Source: Leucoraja erinacea (Eukaryota). Taken from it: a stretch of DNA of 64,000 bases. The notes under the pieces are model-generated. The model was given only the letters and a program-made list of their open reading frames with translations, ran no database searches and was not told the DNA's origin. Made by a program: the position numbers and the translations under genes. The stretch is taken from positions 12,586,001 to 12,650,000 of the forward strand of contig NC_073391.1 of NCBI RefSeq assembly GCF_028641065.1. Direction: 5' to 3'. Shown here one piece after another: positions 24,115-38,269 of the stretch. How positions within the stretch are numbered: the first letter of the stretch is position 1; each line of letters opens with the position of its first letter.

Positions 24115-25316
24115 TATATAGATAATTTGGGGCCAAATATTCAGCCCTGCAAAACCTCACAGATAGATTTTGCTTGGGTGATGCTGGGGTACAGTTTGAT
24201 ATCCCAATGCTTTAGGGCCAGGTATAGGGTGGACTGAAATACAGCATGTCTGAGAGTAAAGACAGAGGCTGCCCAGAATAAGACAAACTATTAGAAAAAG
24301 AGAAAGATGAGAAAGAGACTCAACTGACCACCATATTTAAGGAGAAATGTTTGCATCTGAATTTCAACAAGGACCAATCCTTGAAATATTCCAAGAAATG
24401 CTGCCAAATTCTTTTAAATTATTTTTAAATACTTATTTATTATTTTACTAATAAGTGTACATATGTGTCAATGGTTGTCGTGTTTGTATTTTTTTAACCG
24501 GAGCGGATGTAATGGAATTTTGTTGCACAGTATTGTGCAATGATAATAAACATATTCATTCATTCATTCATCAACACATCCTTCTAAGTGTTGTCATTGG
24601 CATCTGGCAATTCTTACATCCATGAATTCAGCCTCAGAACAGAGGCAAGACAGAACTGACAGTGGCTGGAATGGTTCCCATGGTCACGTTAGATGTATCA
24701 GTTTCTTTCTGAGATGGTGCTTCAGATATAAACTCTTCTAAATTTGCAAAACATAGCTGCATTACGATACATCACCAAAGTTTCATGCACAAAAAGAAGC
24801 AATATCTTCCCATTTGCAGAAGTAGAGATGTTTGCAGAGATTGCAGTCTCCCCCATGGTAAAGATTGCCACTGCCTGCAAGTTTGTTGCTTTGTAATGAA
24901 ACACTGCTAGGTGCTGACAGCTGCTATAAAACCATATGTAGTGAATTGTCTGAACTGGCGGTCTGGTTGATAAGGACTATTTAATGCTAACATAACTTAC
25001 AATTGCGATCCACAACCCATGCAGGCATGCAACAAGAGATATCCTGGCACAAAAAAATGTGTAGTGCGAGCCACCACTGCCCTATAGCAGCAATTGAGCC
25101 AGCTGAACTCATCCGATAGATCCTAAAGTTCTTGTCTGGGTGCATCTCAATAATTAAGAAGTTACAGGTAGAAGGATTAGATAATTCATCGCCTCAGTAT
25201 TCAATAGGCCCATGGCTGTGTTTTTTTTAACCTTAGCACAAGGTTTTTTTTAACCTTACGACAGACCACAGAATATTTCCATTGCAAAGACCTGATCATG
25301 GCCACCTTATATCATA

Positions 25317-25626
25317 TTTAGTTTAGTTCAGTTTAGAGATACAGTGCAGAAACAGGCCCTTCGGCCAACCGAGTCACCGCCAACCAGCGATTCCCGCACA
25401 TTGACACTATCCTACACAATTTTCATTTATACCAAGCCAATTAGCCTATAAACCTGTACGCTTTCGGAATGAGGGTGAAACTGAATATCTCGGAGAAAAC
25501 CCACACAGTCACGGGGACAATGTACAAACCTATACGGACAGCACCCTTAATCGGGATCGAACCTAGGTCTCTGGCGTTACAAGCACTAGAAGGCAGCAAC
25601 TCCATCACTACACCATCGTGCCACCC
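25317..25626 (-). mobile_element. tRNA-derived V-SINE (HE1-like)
   Basis: B-box, V-core and (CTAAA)n tail. Confidence 0.9.
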
Positions 25627-26289
25627 TTTAGAGGAGCACTTTCCTGGCTATACATAAAGGAATTGCCAGAGACTTGAATGCTTAATATTTGCACATTAAG
25701 GAGATGGAAAATCTAATGATGTACAGTGAAAGAAAATTATCCAACCATGTTGGAAAGAGCCGAGGGTTTCATTGTTCCCTCCTTCTCACTGACGTTGGAT
25801 ATATATTGGACATATAAACAAACAAATACTTGATAATTTTGTTCTTGTTCCAGAGACCCATATACTGTAATTTGTTACTGATATCATTTATTCGGGAAAT
25901 GATGAGTAACGAGCACATTTGCGAATGTGCATCATTGCAAATTGCACACCCTGTTGTGTGTCATGAGGATCATGTCACTTGTCACTTGTCAAAGTGGCTC
26001 ATTTTTAAAACTCCACGGCATGCATTGGTGAATATAACTGCAATTTAGCCAGTTGCACAAAGACTGAAAGAGACTATTGTTGCTATTAAGAATGAATCTT
26101 GATGTGCCTACCTGGATTTTTGAGTTTGCCACAATCATGGTGGGACTGTTGTTTTGTTGTCCATGTAGGATTGCATCATGACAGAATTACTGTTGGCGTG
26201 ATGCTAAATGGGTGCTCCTCAACCCCCTCAAAAAATCCACTGGACAAATTATTATTTTATCACTGTTATTCAAAAATGTAGAATAATGG

Positions 26290-26678
26290 TTCCCCCTCCT
26301 CCTGATTCCTCACCCATTTTGCACTGTCCACCACCCCTCCTCGCCATCACCCATGTCTCCTCCCACCTATATTTTGTCATCTAGCTTCACATTTTGCACC
26401 TCTTCTACCCTTATTATCTGCCACAGATTTGTCTTTTTATCTCTGGCCTTTGTCCAACTATCTGCAAATAACCCCTCCCTCACCTGTCCACATCTATTAC
26501 TTGCCAGACTTTGTCTTGCTCCCACCTCTCTTTCGGCTTTCTTCATCCTCCCCACTGCTATCACCATCTGACCTGAAATGTTGCCATTCCTTGTTCTCTA
26601 TAGTTGCTGCCTGACATCCTGAGTTACTCCACACTTTGTGTCATTTTAGTAAACCAGCATCTGCAGTTCCTTGTGTAT
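26290..26678 (+). mobile_element. Penelope 3' UTR/pLTR fragment
   Basis: Similar to 20430-20770. The hammerhead region is partly deleted. Confidence 0.8.
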
Positions 26679-28479
26679 ATAATGATGGCCATTTGCGTTT
26701 GCCAAAACCTACCATCATGGATGTCCAAAACCCTTCCGAAAATGAATTGAAGTAGACCTTGACCATCCTGGAGTTTAGATGCATTGGCAGAAGTAAAGCT
26801 GTGCATTTATTCAGAAAGGATAATCCAAACTGTTTCCATAGCCTGGAGCTTTCACTCCAGATGCTCCTCATCTGACTCTCGCTGCACTTTTCCTTCATCA
26901 CCAATACACTTCATCCTAAATTTATTTTTAGCTCGCAACAACTGCATTGAGCTCATATGTGTTCGATTCATATGGGGAGATGTGTTTATTTATTAATCAA
27001 ATGTGGCAACATTGGCTCACTAAACTGTGTATTGTTAACTTTTGCCCTGAACTTGCACATCACTGAGGAATCCATTCATCTGGCCCTGATTTCAGTAACT
27101 GGCTATCAGACGTCAAAATACAAATTTACTATCCACATTCCTACTCTTGCTTGTCCTAGCCACATGACAGAAGTGAGTTTAGCTTCACTGTGAGCATCGT
27201 AAGTAAAACTGTTGAGGTGTGCTTGATATTCTAGTGAAGACTGATCGCTGGATGCACTTTCTAAGCTATTAGTTCCTTGCTCTTTGAAGAAAGCAAATGG
27301 AAGATTAATACAAAACATTCACAAATGACTATTCATATCTTATCTTCTGCTTCTGGCTCCTTTCAGAGAAATCTATATTCTGTTATGGAAAGAATAATTA
27401 ACACCTGCACTATTTCATTATCTCCATTTAATGGATTCTATTTATTGAATAACGTAAGAATAAAAACCTTTACAGGCTTTCAGGTTTATTGAATTACCTT
27501 TCACTAAAGCAAAAGATTAGGCAGCATAAGACAGGAACATGAACATGTATAGCAAAGATGCTGAGAAGCCTTCTAGGTATAATAATGAAGGAAAACATAC
27601 AATTAACCAATGGAAAAGATTAGTTCATTTGTCTAGACAAAAATATACAATTCATCCGCTGATTCTTTTCCCTTTAAGGGTATTTAAAACCAGATTTTAC
27701 AACATCACATTTGAAAACATTTTAGCACTATTAGCTCTAATGAGCCTAAAAAATGATTGAACTAAGCAAAAGAGCTAAAGTGTATTTGTAATATGAATTT
27801 TCCATCTGAACTTAACCGCACTCTATTTTGGAAACAGAGGTTATTTGCCAAATAACTTTGTCCTTAATTGTCTTTTTTCCCATATGGTAAATTTCAACAA
27901 CAAAAAATGTCCAGTTCAGTATGCGTCACCATTGCAAGGATAGATCCCTATGGATTTCCAGAATCCTTTACGGAAGACTGTTGGAGATTTATTACACAGG
28001 AACATCAAGCATGGTTTTAATATACTTCTCATCTGAATCAAATTGACACATTTTACATTCTTTTAAACATAATGAAATTCCCTTACAACACATGATATTA
28101 TAAATGACCTCACCATTTGAATTTATGATATAGGTCCAACCTATAATTCAATGCTTTGTGCCAAATATTTTAATTTTTAAAGTTTTAAAAGTGAAAAGGA
28201 TTAAGTGTGTTATGACTCCCCGTACACTGGCTCCATACACATTTCTAAATTTAAACTAAACATGAAGTTGAAATGCATGGATTGCAGGCATGCGATAACA
28301 TAAGTACTGACATAAATCATAAATTTATTAACTTTGTTTATTAGACTCGAAGAATATTTCACAAATATTTTTACACAAAAACTTGATGAAAGCTATCAGG
28401 CACATGATATCTGAAGACTTCAGACAGCTTCATGGGCTATGAGATTTTTGAAACGTGTGCATTACAAATACCAGTTTGT

Positions 28480-28730
28480 TAAATGCCACAATAACTAATT
28501 GAGCTTATCGTGTACATCTTTAGGTGTTGTTCACTTCCCAGTAATTGCATGTAATTTTTCCCCCTAATTTTGAAGCCTGTAATTTGGCGTACGAGTAAAT
28601 TAGGAGCCATAATGAGTGTAAATGAATTAGTGGTTTTTGATGAACTGATTGTCTGGCATTTGCAAATGTGTATTTTGCATAGGAATCATAAACTCATTTA
28701 GCATAAATTATGCTGTGCTATCCAAACAAA
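28480..28730. promoter_or_regulatory. Candidate conserved enhancer
   Basis: Repeat-free, with dense TAAT/ATTA cores and POU-like ATTTGCAAAT and TTTAGCATA motifs. Confidence 0.4.
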
Positions 28731-29104
28731 AACACAAGGTGAAGGGCTATTAGGAGTATCCTGTTTCTTTAATTTAATAATGGTCAGAGAAGGAGTTTCA
28801 ACAAGAGATATTCAGTTGCTTCTGGAGGTGAAGTACCATTGATTCTATCTCTGATCATAATACAAGGTAGCTCAGCCCACCATCTCACCTCAGTTTCGAA
28901 GTTATAAACACAAAATGCCCTGTTTAAGGAAAAAAATACTGGTTTAGGTGTTGGTACATTTCATGTTTTTGTCAAGAAATCTCAGCCTACCTTGTTGTAA
29001 TCGCAGGGAGAATGCTGTTTAAAAATGGCCCACTGATGCCTAGTGAAGGCCTTTAAAACCTTGCGCTCAATATTGTCTTTGGAATCTGAAGGATCATTTA
29101 AGGT

Positions 29105-29530
29105 CTGTGAGGCACTGGGCCTGTACTCGCTGGAGTTTAGAAGAATGTGAGTGAACCTCATTGATATGTACTGAATAGTGAAAGGCTTGGATAGAGTGGA
29201 CAAGGAGAGGATTTTTCCAATAGTGGTAGAGTCTAGGTCCAGAGGGCATAGCCTCAAAATTAAAGGATGTTCCTTTAAGAAGGAGATGAGGAGGAATCTC
29301 TTTAGTCAGAGGGTGGTGAATTTGTGGAATTCTTAGCCACAGAAGGCTGTGGAGGCCGTCAATGGATATTAGATAGATAGATTTTTGATCAGTACTGGTG
29401 TCAGGGGCTATGGGGAGAAGGCAGGAGCATGGGGTTAGGAGGGAGATATAGATCAGCCATGATTCAATGGTGGAGTAGACTTGATGGGCCACATGGTCTA
29501 ATTCTGCTCCTTTCACTTATGACCTTATGT
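29105..29530 (+). mobile_element. CR1 LINE 3' fragment
   Basis: LGLYSLEFRRM-like coding remnant and tail. Confidence 0.9.
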
Positions 29531-31092
29531 GACTATAGAGTGCTGGGAAATCCACATGAATCTCCATAGAGCAACCTCAGCTGGGGTTTCACAAGGCCTC
29601 CACAACAAGTGAAGCAAGTGACTGCAAGAGGGCCCAAGTGGATAGGTTTTTTTTTTGCCCCCCTTTTCAAAGTCAATTACATTGCCTAAGATCAATTCCA
29701 GAATCAATCCAGCCTAGGGACTTGTTCATGGTAAAACCAGTACTGGTAACCTGTAGAGAAATAAGGCAGAACATCAAATGAAATACATATTTTTAATTGT
29801 TCTATCATTTTCATGACCCCTTTCCTTTGCTCTTGCTACCTGGTCTTTAAAGAAGAATATTTAGATCAACATCATGAGCATATAAACCATGCCTTGCCAG
29901 AACAGAGTCATTTTGCTAACAAATGAATATTTTCATAATGAATAATGCCACATGCGAATATTTTAAAATGTATTTGTTTTTAAGTTTCAAATTACAATAT
30001 GGAAACTACATCACGGCCTCCATTAAGCAGACGGACTTTAATTTAATTTGTAGATTTTTTATTCATTACTTGAAATCTTAAGATAACTGACATACCAATG
30101 CAAAATGCAGAATGGAAATTGTGACTGAGGGGAAAAGGTTGTGTATTTAATTACATTTTAAAACTATTACTGGGTATTTTTCATGTTTCCATGGTTTAAA
30201 TGTTCTATATACCTATGTACAAATATAGATAATATATATTTTTTAAATCATTTATAATAATCTTTGAGATGAATATAATCTGAAAATACCTGTGTCTTCT
30301 GTGGTAACAAAATTCAAATGATTTTCAATTATAAACTAATCATTTATTACTGCATGAAACATTGCTATACTAATCATTCAAATAACAGTCTCATTGCACA
30401 GTTTTTAATTGAATTCTGTATGTCAAAGCAAAATAGCTGTTTTCCGTTTTTTTTTAATTCTTTAAACAAGTCCAATTCTGGGCCTTGGATAAGCAGACCT
30501 CCCATAGCAGACATTAGCTGGTTGAGAGGCACTTTGGTATGTAACAAAGGGAAGAATACTGGGAGAGAAGCCAATGTTGAAATGCTGGCGCCTGGAACCT
30601 AGGGATTTGCCTCCTAGTAATACTACTAGGCCTGGCAGTTCCTTTTTGGTTGGAAATGGCATACTGTGCTCAATGCCTTTGCCAACGGGATTTAAACAGA
30701 GGTAAAGGCTGGCAAGTAACATTTTTCTACAGTTTTCATACTGTGCGCTTAAATAAAAAGGAGTGGTGTGAAAAACTGCAATTTATTAAACAGCACTACT
30801 TCATGAGTCCAACCTTCAGCTGCTTTTTTAAAATATTTTCTGATCGTGCTTTGCCACCCAGAAAGCAGAGACATAAAACAGAAAGTTAAAACTGCTGTCA
30901 TTCACAGCAAGGCATGCAAACATGAAATTATTGACATGAGCTCTAAAAATGACAGCAGTAGAATTGTGCAGTTGAATCTATTCCCCAAGTGCTTGAACCA
31001 TATAATGTTCTTATTAATTCTATTTGGAATTGTTAAAAAAAAATGGAGGTTACAGGCTGAAGAAGAGACCTGGTTTGCTCATGAATACTTAC

Positions 31093-31230
31093 CTTGCTTC
31101 TTCCCTGGTGTCCTTGGACTGTCATCGCCAACCTTTGAAGCTGTATCTGATTATCCATGCAGCAATTAATCATAATTAAGCAGGCCAGAGTATTGGAAAG
31201 GTAGTAGGAGGGTGGCTGCAGATCTGGCAT
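31093..31230 (-). CDS. Candidate exon of an unidentified host gene (46-codon alternative first exon, or 54-nt cassette 31093-31146)
   Basis: Consensus donor CAAG|GTAAGTAT at 31093/31092 in repeat-free sequence. Open as MPDLQ...GRSK (phase 0) or (D)TASKVGDDSPRTPGKKQ (phase 1-1). No homology recognised. Confidence 0.35.
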
Positions 31231-33132
31231 TCATCCTGAACAGTCTCTGTTCCCTTTTGGCTTGCAGACGACTTGTTTGGTTCCATGTTTTGAGAAAATG
31301 ACCCCCCTGTGATCTGTCCCATTTGTGTTTTGGTAATCTTGGTTGAACTTAGTTCCAAAGCACTCACATTTGTGCTATTTCCAGATCGAAAAGGGCTGGA
31401 TATAAATTGCACTCTCAATGCAAAGTGACTGATTCTTTTTTTTTAATTAGACATTCAAAACAATGTATTTCAAAATAAAAATTCCACCAAAGCCCATGCA
31501 TTGCTATAAAAAATTGCCATAGATTATTAACACACAATAGTATTTTTTTTTTCACTCTGTATGTTTAGTATGATATATATTTAAAACTAACAAATATTTA
31601 TTCCAAAATAACTTGCATTAGGAAGCAGAAGAAAAAGAGAAGATATAAATAAACATGTCCTCCATAAGGCTTCTTTTCATTATTTTGTAGTGCTGATACA
31701 TTTAAATCAGGAGTATTTATTTCACAATGATATTTATATGATATTTGTTTAAACAATTGCTTTATTGAATATACATAGGCAAGAAATAGTTATTTTTCAG
31801 AAATCAAATTCATAATTAAACAATTTAACATTTTGAAACAATTGACCATCATTGTGAAGATAGTCTGGTTTAATGTACGTATAAACCATTAAAGGCCTGA
31901 ATAAGTGGTAATTTATTACAATAACCTACAATGCGAAATTTGAAGATTGATCTCATCGGCAATAAGTAATTAACTACAAATGGATAAAAAATGGCCCGTG
32001 GTCCATTTTCATGACCCTCTTTCAGTGACAGTGGTGTCACAGTTCACTTTAGAAATGATAATGTTGAATGATAAGAAAGGGTAACTGTAGTTGCTTTGTT
32101 CATTGCATTTATCAGTATTGCACTTTACATGAAGTCTATTATAATTGGTTGTGTTATAACTGTGTAAGAATTGAGAGCTACAGTTGACAGGCGAGTATCA
32201 AAAAGTTGAACTGCTGACAGTGGGGATTCAAGCAGAATTAACAGTGTTAATGTTGTGCTTCATCACTGATTTTGGTTTCTTAATAATATAAATTGTCATT
32301 ATTACTTTCTCTCCTCGAGCCAGCCTCATCATGGAACTATGGCTAGGGGCCTCTGAAATTAACACTCTACAAATAAAATGGAGGCTTGGAACCAGGATTA
32401 AATCAAAATGAATTTTAAGCAGTAGAATGTAATTGCAGCTGTTTTCAGTATATGGCTTAATAGTGAATTTGATTAGAGATAGTTCATTATTTAATTAAAA
32501 TATGTGTTCATCAGACAATGCACTCTGGCTAACCTTTTACACGAGCTTCTGCTATTTAATGGCACACACTGTGTTAGTGGAGGGTATATATATATAGACG
32601 AAACACCAACGCTTTTCTGAATGAAGCATATAAAATGATGATGAATTTCAATGGTGATTTGGTCAAAATTCATATCAGGTCAATGAGCTATAATGAGCAC
32701 AGTGTGCATGCTTAAGCAGATTGAGAGCACAAATCTGTTATTTCTTCCTTATTAACAGTTGGCATCTGAATCTTAACTAAATGTTATGTTAAAAAAACTC
32801 TCAGAGAGTACATTTCGTGCCCACAAACTGTACGTCAAGTTATCACAATTTTGGTCGCAACTTGCCTCAACATTTACATTGCAAACTGTTAAATCACCAT
32901 TAACCACATAGAGTATTTATATGCCAACTACCACAGCATCGTTCCAGAGTGTATTCATTAGCTGCTTCAGTGGGGAGAGTTTCTGTAGACCCGCTCCCAA
33001 TACCATCACCATCTTGTATCAGCAAAAAATCTTACATTTATTAAATAACTGTGGGCAATGCCATGGGCAATTTTCTAGTATGTTGTGGAAAAAAAAATGC
33101 ATTCCATATTATAACAAGCTTACTTTTTACAA

Positions 33133-33223
33133 AGGTACACAAAAATGCTGGGGAAACTCAGCGGGTGCAGCAGTATCTATGGAGTGAAGGAAATAGGCAA
33201 CGTTTCAGGCCGAAACCCTTCTT
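33133..33223 (-). mobile_element. About 90-nt Penelope pLTR element, second subfamily
   Basis: Near-identical in structure to 47502-47589. Confidence 0.8.
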
Positions 33224-33499
33224 ACAAGGTGTATTGTTATTAATGCTCCAAAAATACTATTTGCAAGGGAATGGTCATTGAGTTAATTAATATAAAGAAA
33301 TGGGCATACCTTAGAGTCTTGTTCCAACCTATCTTGTCTTTGCAAACTGCAGCGACTATCGATTCTTTAGTATTGCTGTTCACGAAGGTGTATTGCTCAG
33401 ACAGAGCTATCAACAAAACATCCTTTATTCAACACTCAACTGATGGCTCTGACTGGTAGAGAATGCATGAAAAGATCCCATATTACATTTAATATGTAA

Positions 33500-34140
33500 A
33501 AAAAAGGAACTGCAGATGCTAGTTGATAACAAAGATAGACACAAAAAACTGGAGTAACTCAGTGGGTCAGGCAGTATCACTGGACAAATTGAAAAGATTA
33601 TATATTGGGTTAGGACCCTTCTTCAGATTGTAGTGAGGAGAGGGAGGAAAAAAAATGGAAGTGAAGGAAAACAGGACAAATCAGGGCCAGCAACAGATGA
33701 CCACAGGCAAGGAGGTTCCCCGCTAGGCTGACTGTTGGATAGAGGCAGGTATAAGCCCAAGAGGGACACATAGTTGTGAACTGTGGAGCTGGTTCACGGA
33801 CTTTCAATGGAGGACATAAAGGTCAGTATGGGAATGGAAAAGGGAATTAAAGTTGTTAGCAGCTAGAAGATTCAGTAGGCCTTGGTGGACCAAGCATAAG
33901 TGTTCAGCGCAGCAAGGCCTATGGGATATCCCAGTTGCTAACCACTTTAAATCCCCTTCCCATTCCCATACTGACCTTTCAGTCCTGTACTAACACCATT
34001 GCCAGACTGAGGCCAATGCCAGAGTGAGGCCACACACAAACTGGAGGATTATCACCTCATATTTTGCTTACAACCCAATAGTTTACAGCCCAATGGTGTG
34101 AACATTGAATTTTCCTATCTTAGGTAACTTCTACAAACAC
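33500..34140. mobile_element. Penelope fragment with inverted structure (antisense pLTR and GIY-YIG, then sense GIY-YIG end)
   Basis: From about 33925: DIPVANHFKSPSHSHTDLSVL...QPNGVNIEFS. 33500-33915 is antisense to the same family. Confidence 0.85.
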
Positions 34141-34448
34141 CTCCTGTCCCCCCCCCCCCCCCCCCCCCCCCATTCCTCCATCTTTCCCCAATCCCCCTCC
34201 ACCCATCCTCCATTAACAATCTGTAACCAGCTCATTCCATCTTTCCCATATTACATTTGGTGTCTTTAATATGCCTAATTATAAATCAATTGTTTACAGT
34301 TTCTAAATGTCAACTGTAAATTAAACATAAAACACATGAATAAATAAAATTACTGTGGCACATACAACATTGCATTATATTCATTATGTGAATACACAGA
34401 ACAAATCACAGCCTCTAACCTTCAATTGCTGGTTTGGATTTCAATGCT

Positions 34449-34665
34449 CGAAACAAGAAACTGTAGATGCTAGTTTCTATAAAAAGACACAAAGTGCTGG
34501 AGTAACACAGTGGGTCAGGCAGCAACTCTGGAGAACATGAACAGATGATGTTTTAGGTTGGGGCCTGTCTTCAGACTGGGTCCTGACCCAAAACATCACC
34601 TTTCCATGTTCTCCAAAGATACTGTCTGACCAGTTGAATTACTTCAGCACTTTGTGACCTTTTGC
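34449..34665. mobile_element. Penelope pLTR-derived short element, inverted dimer
   Basis: TSD TTTCAATGCT (34439-34448, 34666-34675). Confidence 0.85.
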
Positions 34666-34699
34666 TTTCAATGCTTGCTGTTTGATCATAGTTGCTTTC

Positions 34700-36120
34700 A
34701 GCTTCTCTTACTGCACATTGCCAGCACAGTATTGGTCAGACATCAGCAAATCTAGTCCTTGCATAGTAACATTCTAGGGATTTTCAGATTTATTAGGTCT
34801 TTTCCGCATCACAACACATTACTCTGTTAATGTATCAACATAATCTGATTCACCCCACTCAGTGACTCCATAACTAACAGAAATCCTTTGGTCCTCAAAC
34901 TCTATCCCAAGACCTGTGCAGTTCCAAACACACACCAGCCTCGACTTAATTGAAGTGATCTTCCCAGAGCTTTCCAATTATATTTCTCATAATTCATCTA
35001 AATTTGGAGATCCTCGCAATGACAGCCATTATTCTGAATCAGATGTCTTTTCCTGACCAAACAGATTTTTCTCAAAGCCACCTGCTTTTGAGGACAATGC
35101 ATGCTTCCACGGCTCTGAAAATACTAAATCCATGTTCAAACGATACCCAGACCGAACAAAGCGAGCTGGGACTATCTTTGTCTTTGGGACATCTCAGTGC
35201 AGTTTCTTTTCCTGGCTTCCTTGATGCTTTGAAGTTGCTTCAATGATGGACAGCTCCTGCCCGTTATTCTCATACAGTTGTCTCACAGTATTTGCTTTAC
35301 TTGCTTCTTCCAAGTGAACAACTGGGCAGCCCTTGCAAGCAGGCAGGCACTCTCGACACTGCAAACCCCTGGGTTCTGAAAAAAATGCTTTTCACGTTCT
35401 CTCTATGTCCAGAAAGATTTGTATTAGCAGCATCCAGGTCATCCCCACGTTATGACAGAGTTCCATTCCCGTGAACTGTTCGTACCTAAAGTGTTCCCAA
35501 GTCAGATATGAGGATGCAGCCAAGTTCCCACATGACAGAAGATGACTGCAGCCCCACAGCAGCCAGTAAATCTATATAGCCAGTCTCCAAATGCTCATTT
35601 GTATGCACGGGCAGTACATAAATTGGGCTGTTTATAAGCTGGGGAGAACCTGCATACATTATTGTCAAGGTGCACCAGAACAGCACTCTTTAAAGTGTCT
35701 GAAGAAGGGTCTCGATCCAAAACATCACATTTCTTTCCTCCAGAGATGCTGCCTGACCCGCTGAGTTACTCCAGCTTTTTGTGTCTATCTTCAGGCACTC
35801 TTTGAATATTGCATTTCCATTCACCACCATGCAATTTCACCACAACCTTTGGCTCGACAAAACTTGGTCTGATCTCCCCATCTCAGGACTTCTTGACACC
35901 TCTCAAGCCCACCTAACCAGTAATATGGCTGGCTGGGGCCAGCACACCCAAAGCATGAGCGACTCCTGGATCTCCTCACTGCCCAACATTATCATTCTCT
36001 CGGCTCCACACTTCGATTGACTCAACCCAATTCATATTCATGATCACTGGTCCACACCTAACCATCAAAGGCAACTGCACACAATAGTCTTCACTGGCAA
36101 CCCAACAGTACTTTCCCCAC
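34700..36120 (+). mobile_element. Highly decayed L2-like LINE relic
   Basis: Scattered pyrimidine-rich RT-like segments. No open frame. Confidence 0.4.
35696..35794 (+). mobile_element. Penelope pLTR monomer starting at the hammerhead core
   Basis: GTCTGAAGAAGGGTCTCGATCCAAAACATC. TSD GCACTCTTT (35683-35691, 35795-35803). Confidence 0.85.
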
Positions 36121-36865
36121 TCATGACGTGGAACATGTTATGCAACAATATTTTGATCAGCATGTTTGGGTTATTTCTGATACACATCTGGGCTGATATT
36201 TCACAGACCCTCTGGAATACAACATTTTTAAGTCTAGCTCCATGAACAACCCAGTCATTAGAAGATGAAGAAATGAAAAGGAATATGTTTGATGGCAATT
36301 GTTGCTCACCTGAAAAATGGAAAAATACATCCAAGAACAGTTTTAAATTGGGAATTAAAAACACACACATTAATTGTGTGGGTTTAATTCAATTCCTTCA
36401 TCATATAATTACAGGATGTTAATGATACTCCAGTGGCACTATTCCACACTGCGGCATCTTGTGCATCCACAAGACGTTTGGACAGGTACATGGATAGGAA
36501 ACATTTAGAGTGATTTCGACCCATGCAGGCAGGTGGGACTAGTGTAGATGGGATAAGTTGGGCCAAAGGGCCTATTTCCATGCTGTAAGACTCTGACAAA
36601 TAAGAATTATCATATTTGGCAGCAATTATTTTGGGTAGTGACTTGCACCTATTTACAATGTGTCCTTTTCTGCCACAACCTTTGGCTCGATAGATAAACG
36701 CCATTGTGCCATCCATTACACCCTTGTGCCATTTTGAAAATGAATTGTGAGACTGGATGAGGTCCATAACATGTGCAGGAAGGAACTGCAGATGCTGGTT
36801 ATACACCATAAATAGTGCTGGAGTAACTCAGCGGGACAGGCAGCATCTCTGGAGAGAAGGAATGA

Positions 36866-37802
36866 CACTTATGACTGTTCAGCCAAACACCCGACCAGTC
36901 ATATTGTGAAATTTGCAGATGACACAGCTGAGGTGGGATTAATCTCCCACAATGATGAGTTGGGCTACAGACAGGAGGTGGGAGAACTTGAAGTCTGGTG
37001 TAAAGCAAACAACCTTTGCATCAATGTGGGGAAGACAAAGGATTGTGTGGAGATGGTGGTTTAAATATCTGGGTGTGCACATTTCTAATGACCTCACCTG
37101 GACCTGCAACACGGCTAGCATCATTAAAAAAGCCCACCAACGCCTTTACTTGTTGAGGAAGCTGAAGCGTGCTGGCCTCAGCACCCTAGTCCTGACATCA
37201 TTTTACAGGTGTGTGGTGGAGAGCGTCCTCATATCATGTATCCCAGTGCGGTACGGAAACTGCTCTGCTGCTGACAGGAAGGCATTGCAGAGGGTGGTCA
37301 AATCTGCCCAAAAAAATCACAAATAACTGCCTCCCTGCCATTAAGGACATTTACATCAGCAGAGCCTCAGACATCATGAAGGACCCCACCCACCCAGCAA
37401 ATGGACTCTTTGCCCTTCTCTCCGCAGGAAGAAGGCTGTGCAGCATAAAGGCCAGGACACAAAGGCTTAAAGCCAGCTTCTTTCCCGAGGCCGTGAGACT
37501 TTTAAACTCCCTCCCTCACTGACCGAACCCTCACTACCTCAGTGAAGTGTCTGCTGCTTCTGCTGCTGCTATGGACATTATTATGCTGCTGGATTTTAAC
37601 CATGCTGCTTTTTTACTTTTTACTATTTATTCATTGGCTTGTTATTATTTAGATTTTATTGTGGAAGGTTTTATATGTTAGAATTTATCGATGTCTTTAC
37701 CGCACTATTACGCTGCTCGGACCTGAATACAAATTTCATTCATGATTCATGTGGAAGCATGTTCTTATTGAATGACAATAAATAAATGAACCTGAACCTG
37801 AA
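36866..37802 (+). mobile_element. Rex1/Babar LINE 3' portion, preceded by an antisense pLTR fragment (36772-36865)
   Basis: IVKFADDT...WCKANNL and FKYLGVHISNDLTW...KKAHQRLYLLRKLK (ORF 36952-37326), then AATAAA and a (TGAACC)n tail. Confidence 0.92.
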
Positions 37803-38269
37803 TGTGTGACAACCTCCGATTGCACAACAATCAATCTCTAAATTTGTTTTGGGCTTATTGTATTTATTATTTACTCCATGGGCTTCATGTGAACTAGGAA
37901 TATCATTGCACCCAGTTATATCTGTCAATAAACTGATCAGAAATATGGATTCTGAATGGGTGAGGAATCATGGGGTCAGGAGATCAGGAGAAAAAAACAT
38001 GTAATGGTGGAAGTCTGCACAGTGCAGGAATAAAAACTACTATTGTAAGGGGACATCCAAGTCTAATGGTGTACCAGGACTCTGTCATCCCAGGAGTACT
38101 CAAAGATGAGCACTCTTGGAACAAAAGGAACATAACAAGATGCATGACCTCTTGCCCCGTGCCCCTGACTTTGAAATCGTATCATGGACTCTCAATAAAA
38201 TGCCCAATCAAATATATGGATTGATGCAAAGCAACCCTGGAATGGTATTATCAGATTCATTCCAGAAAG

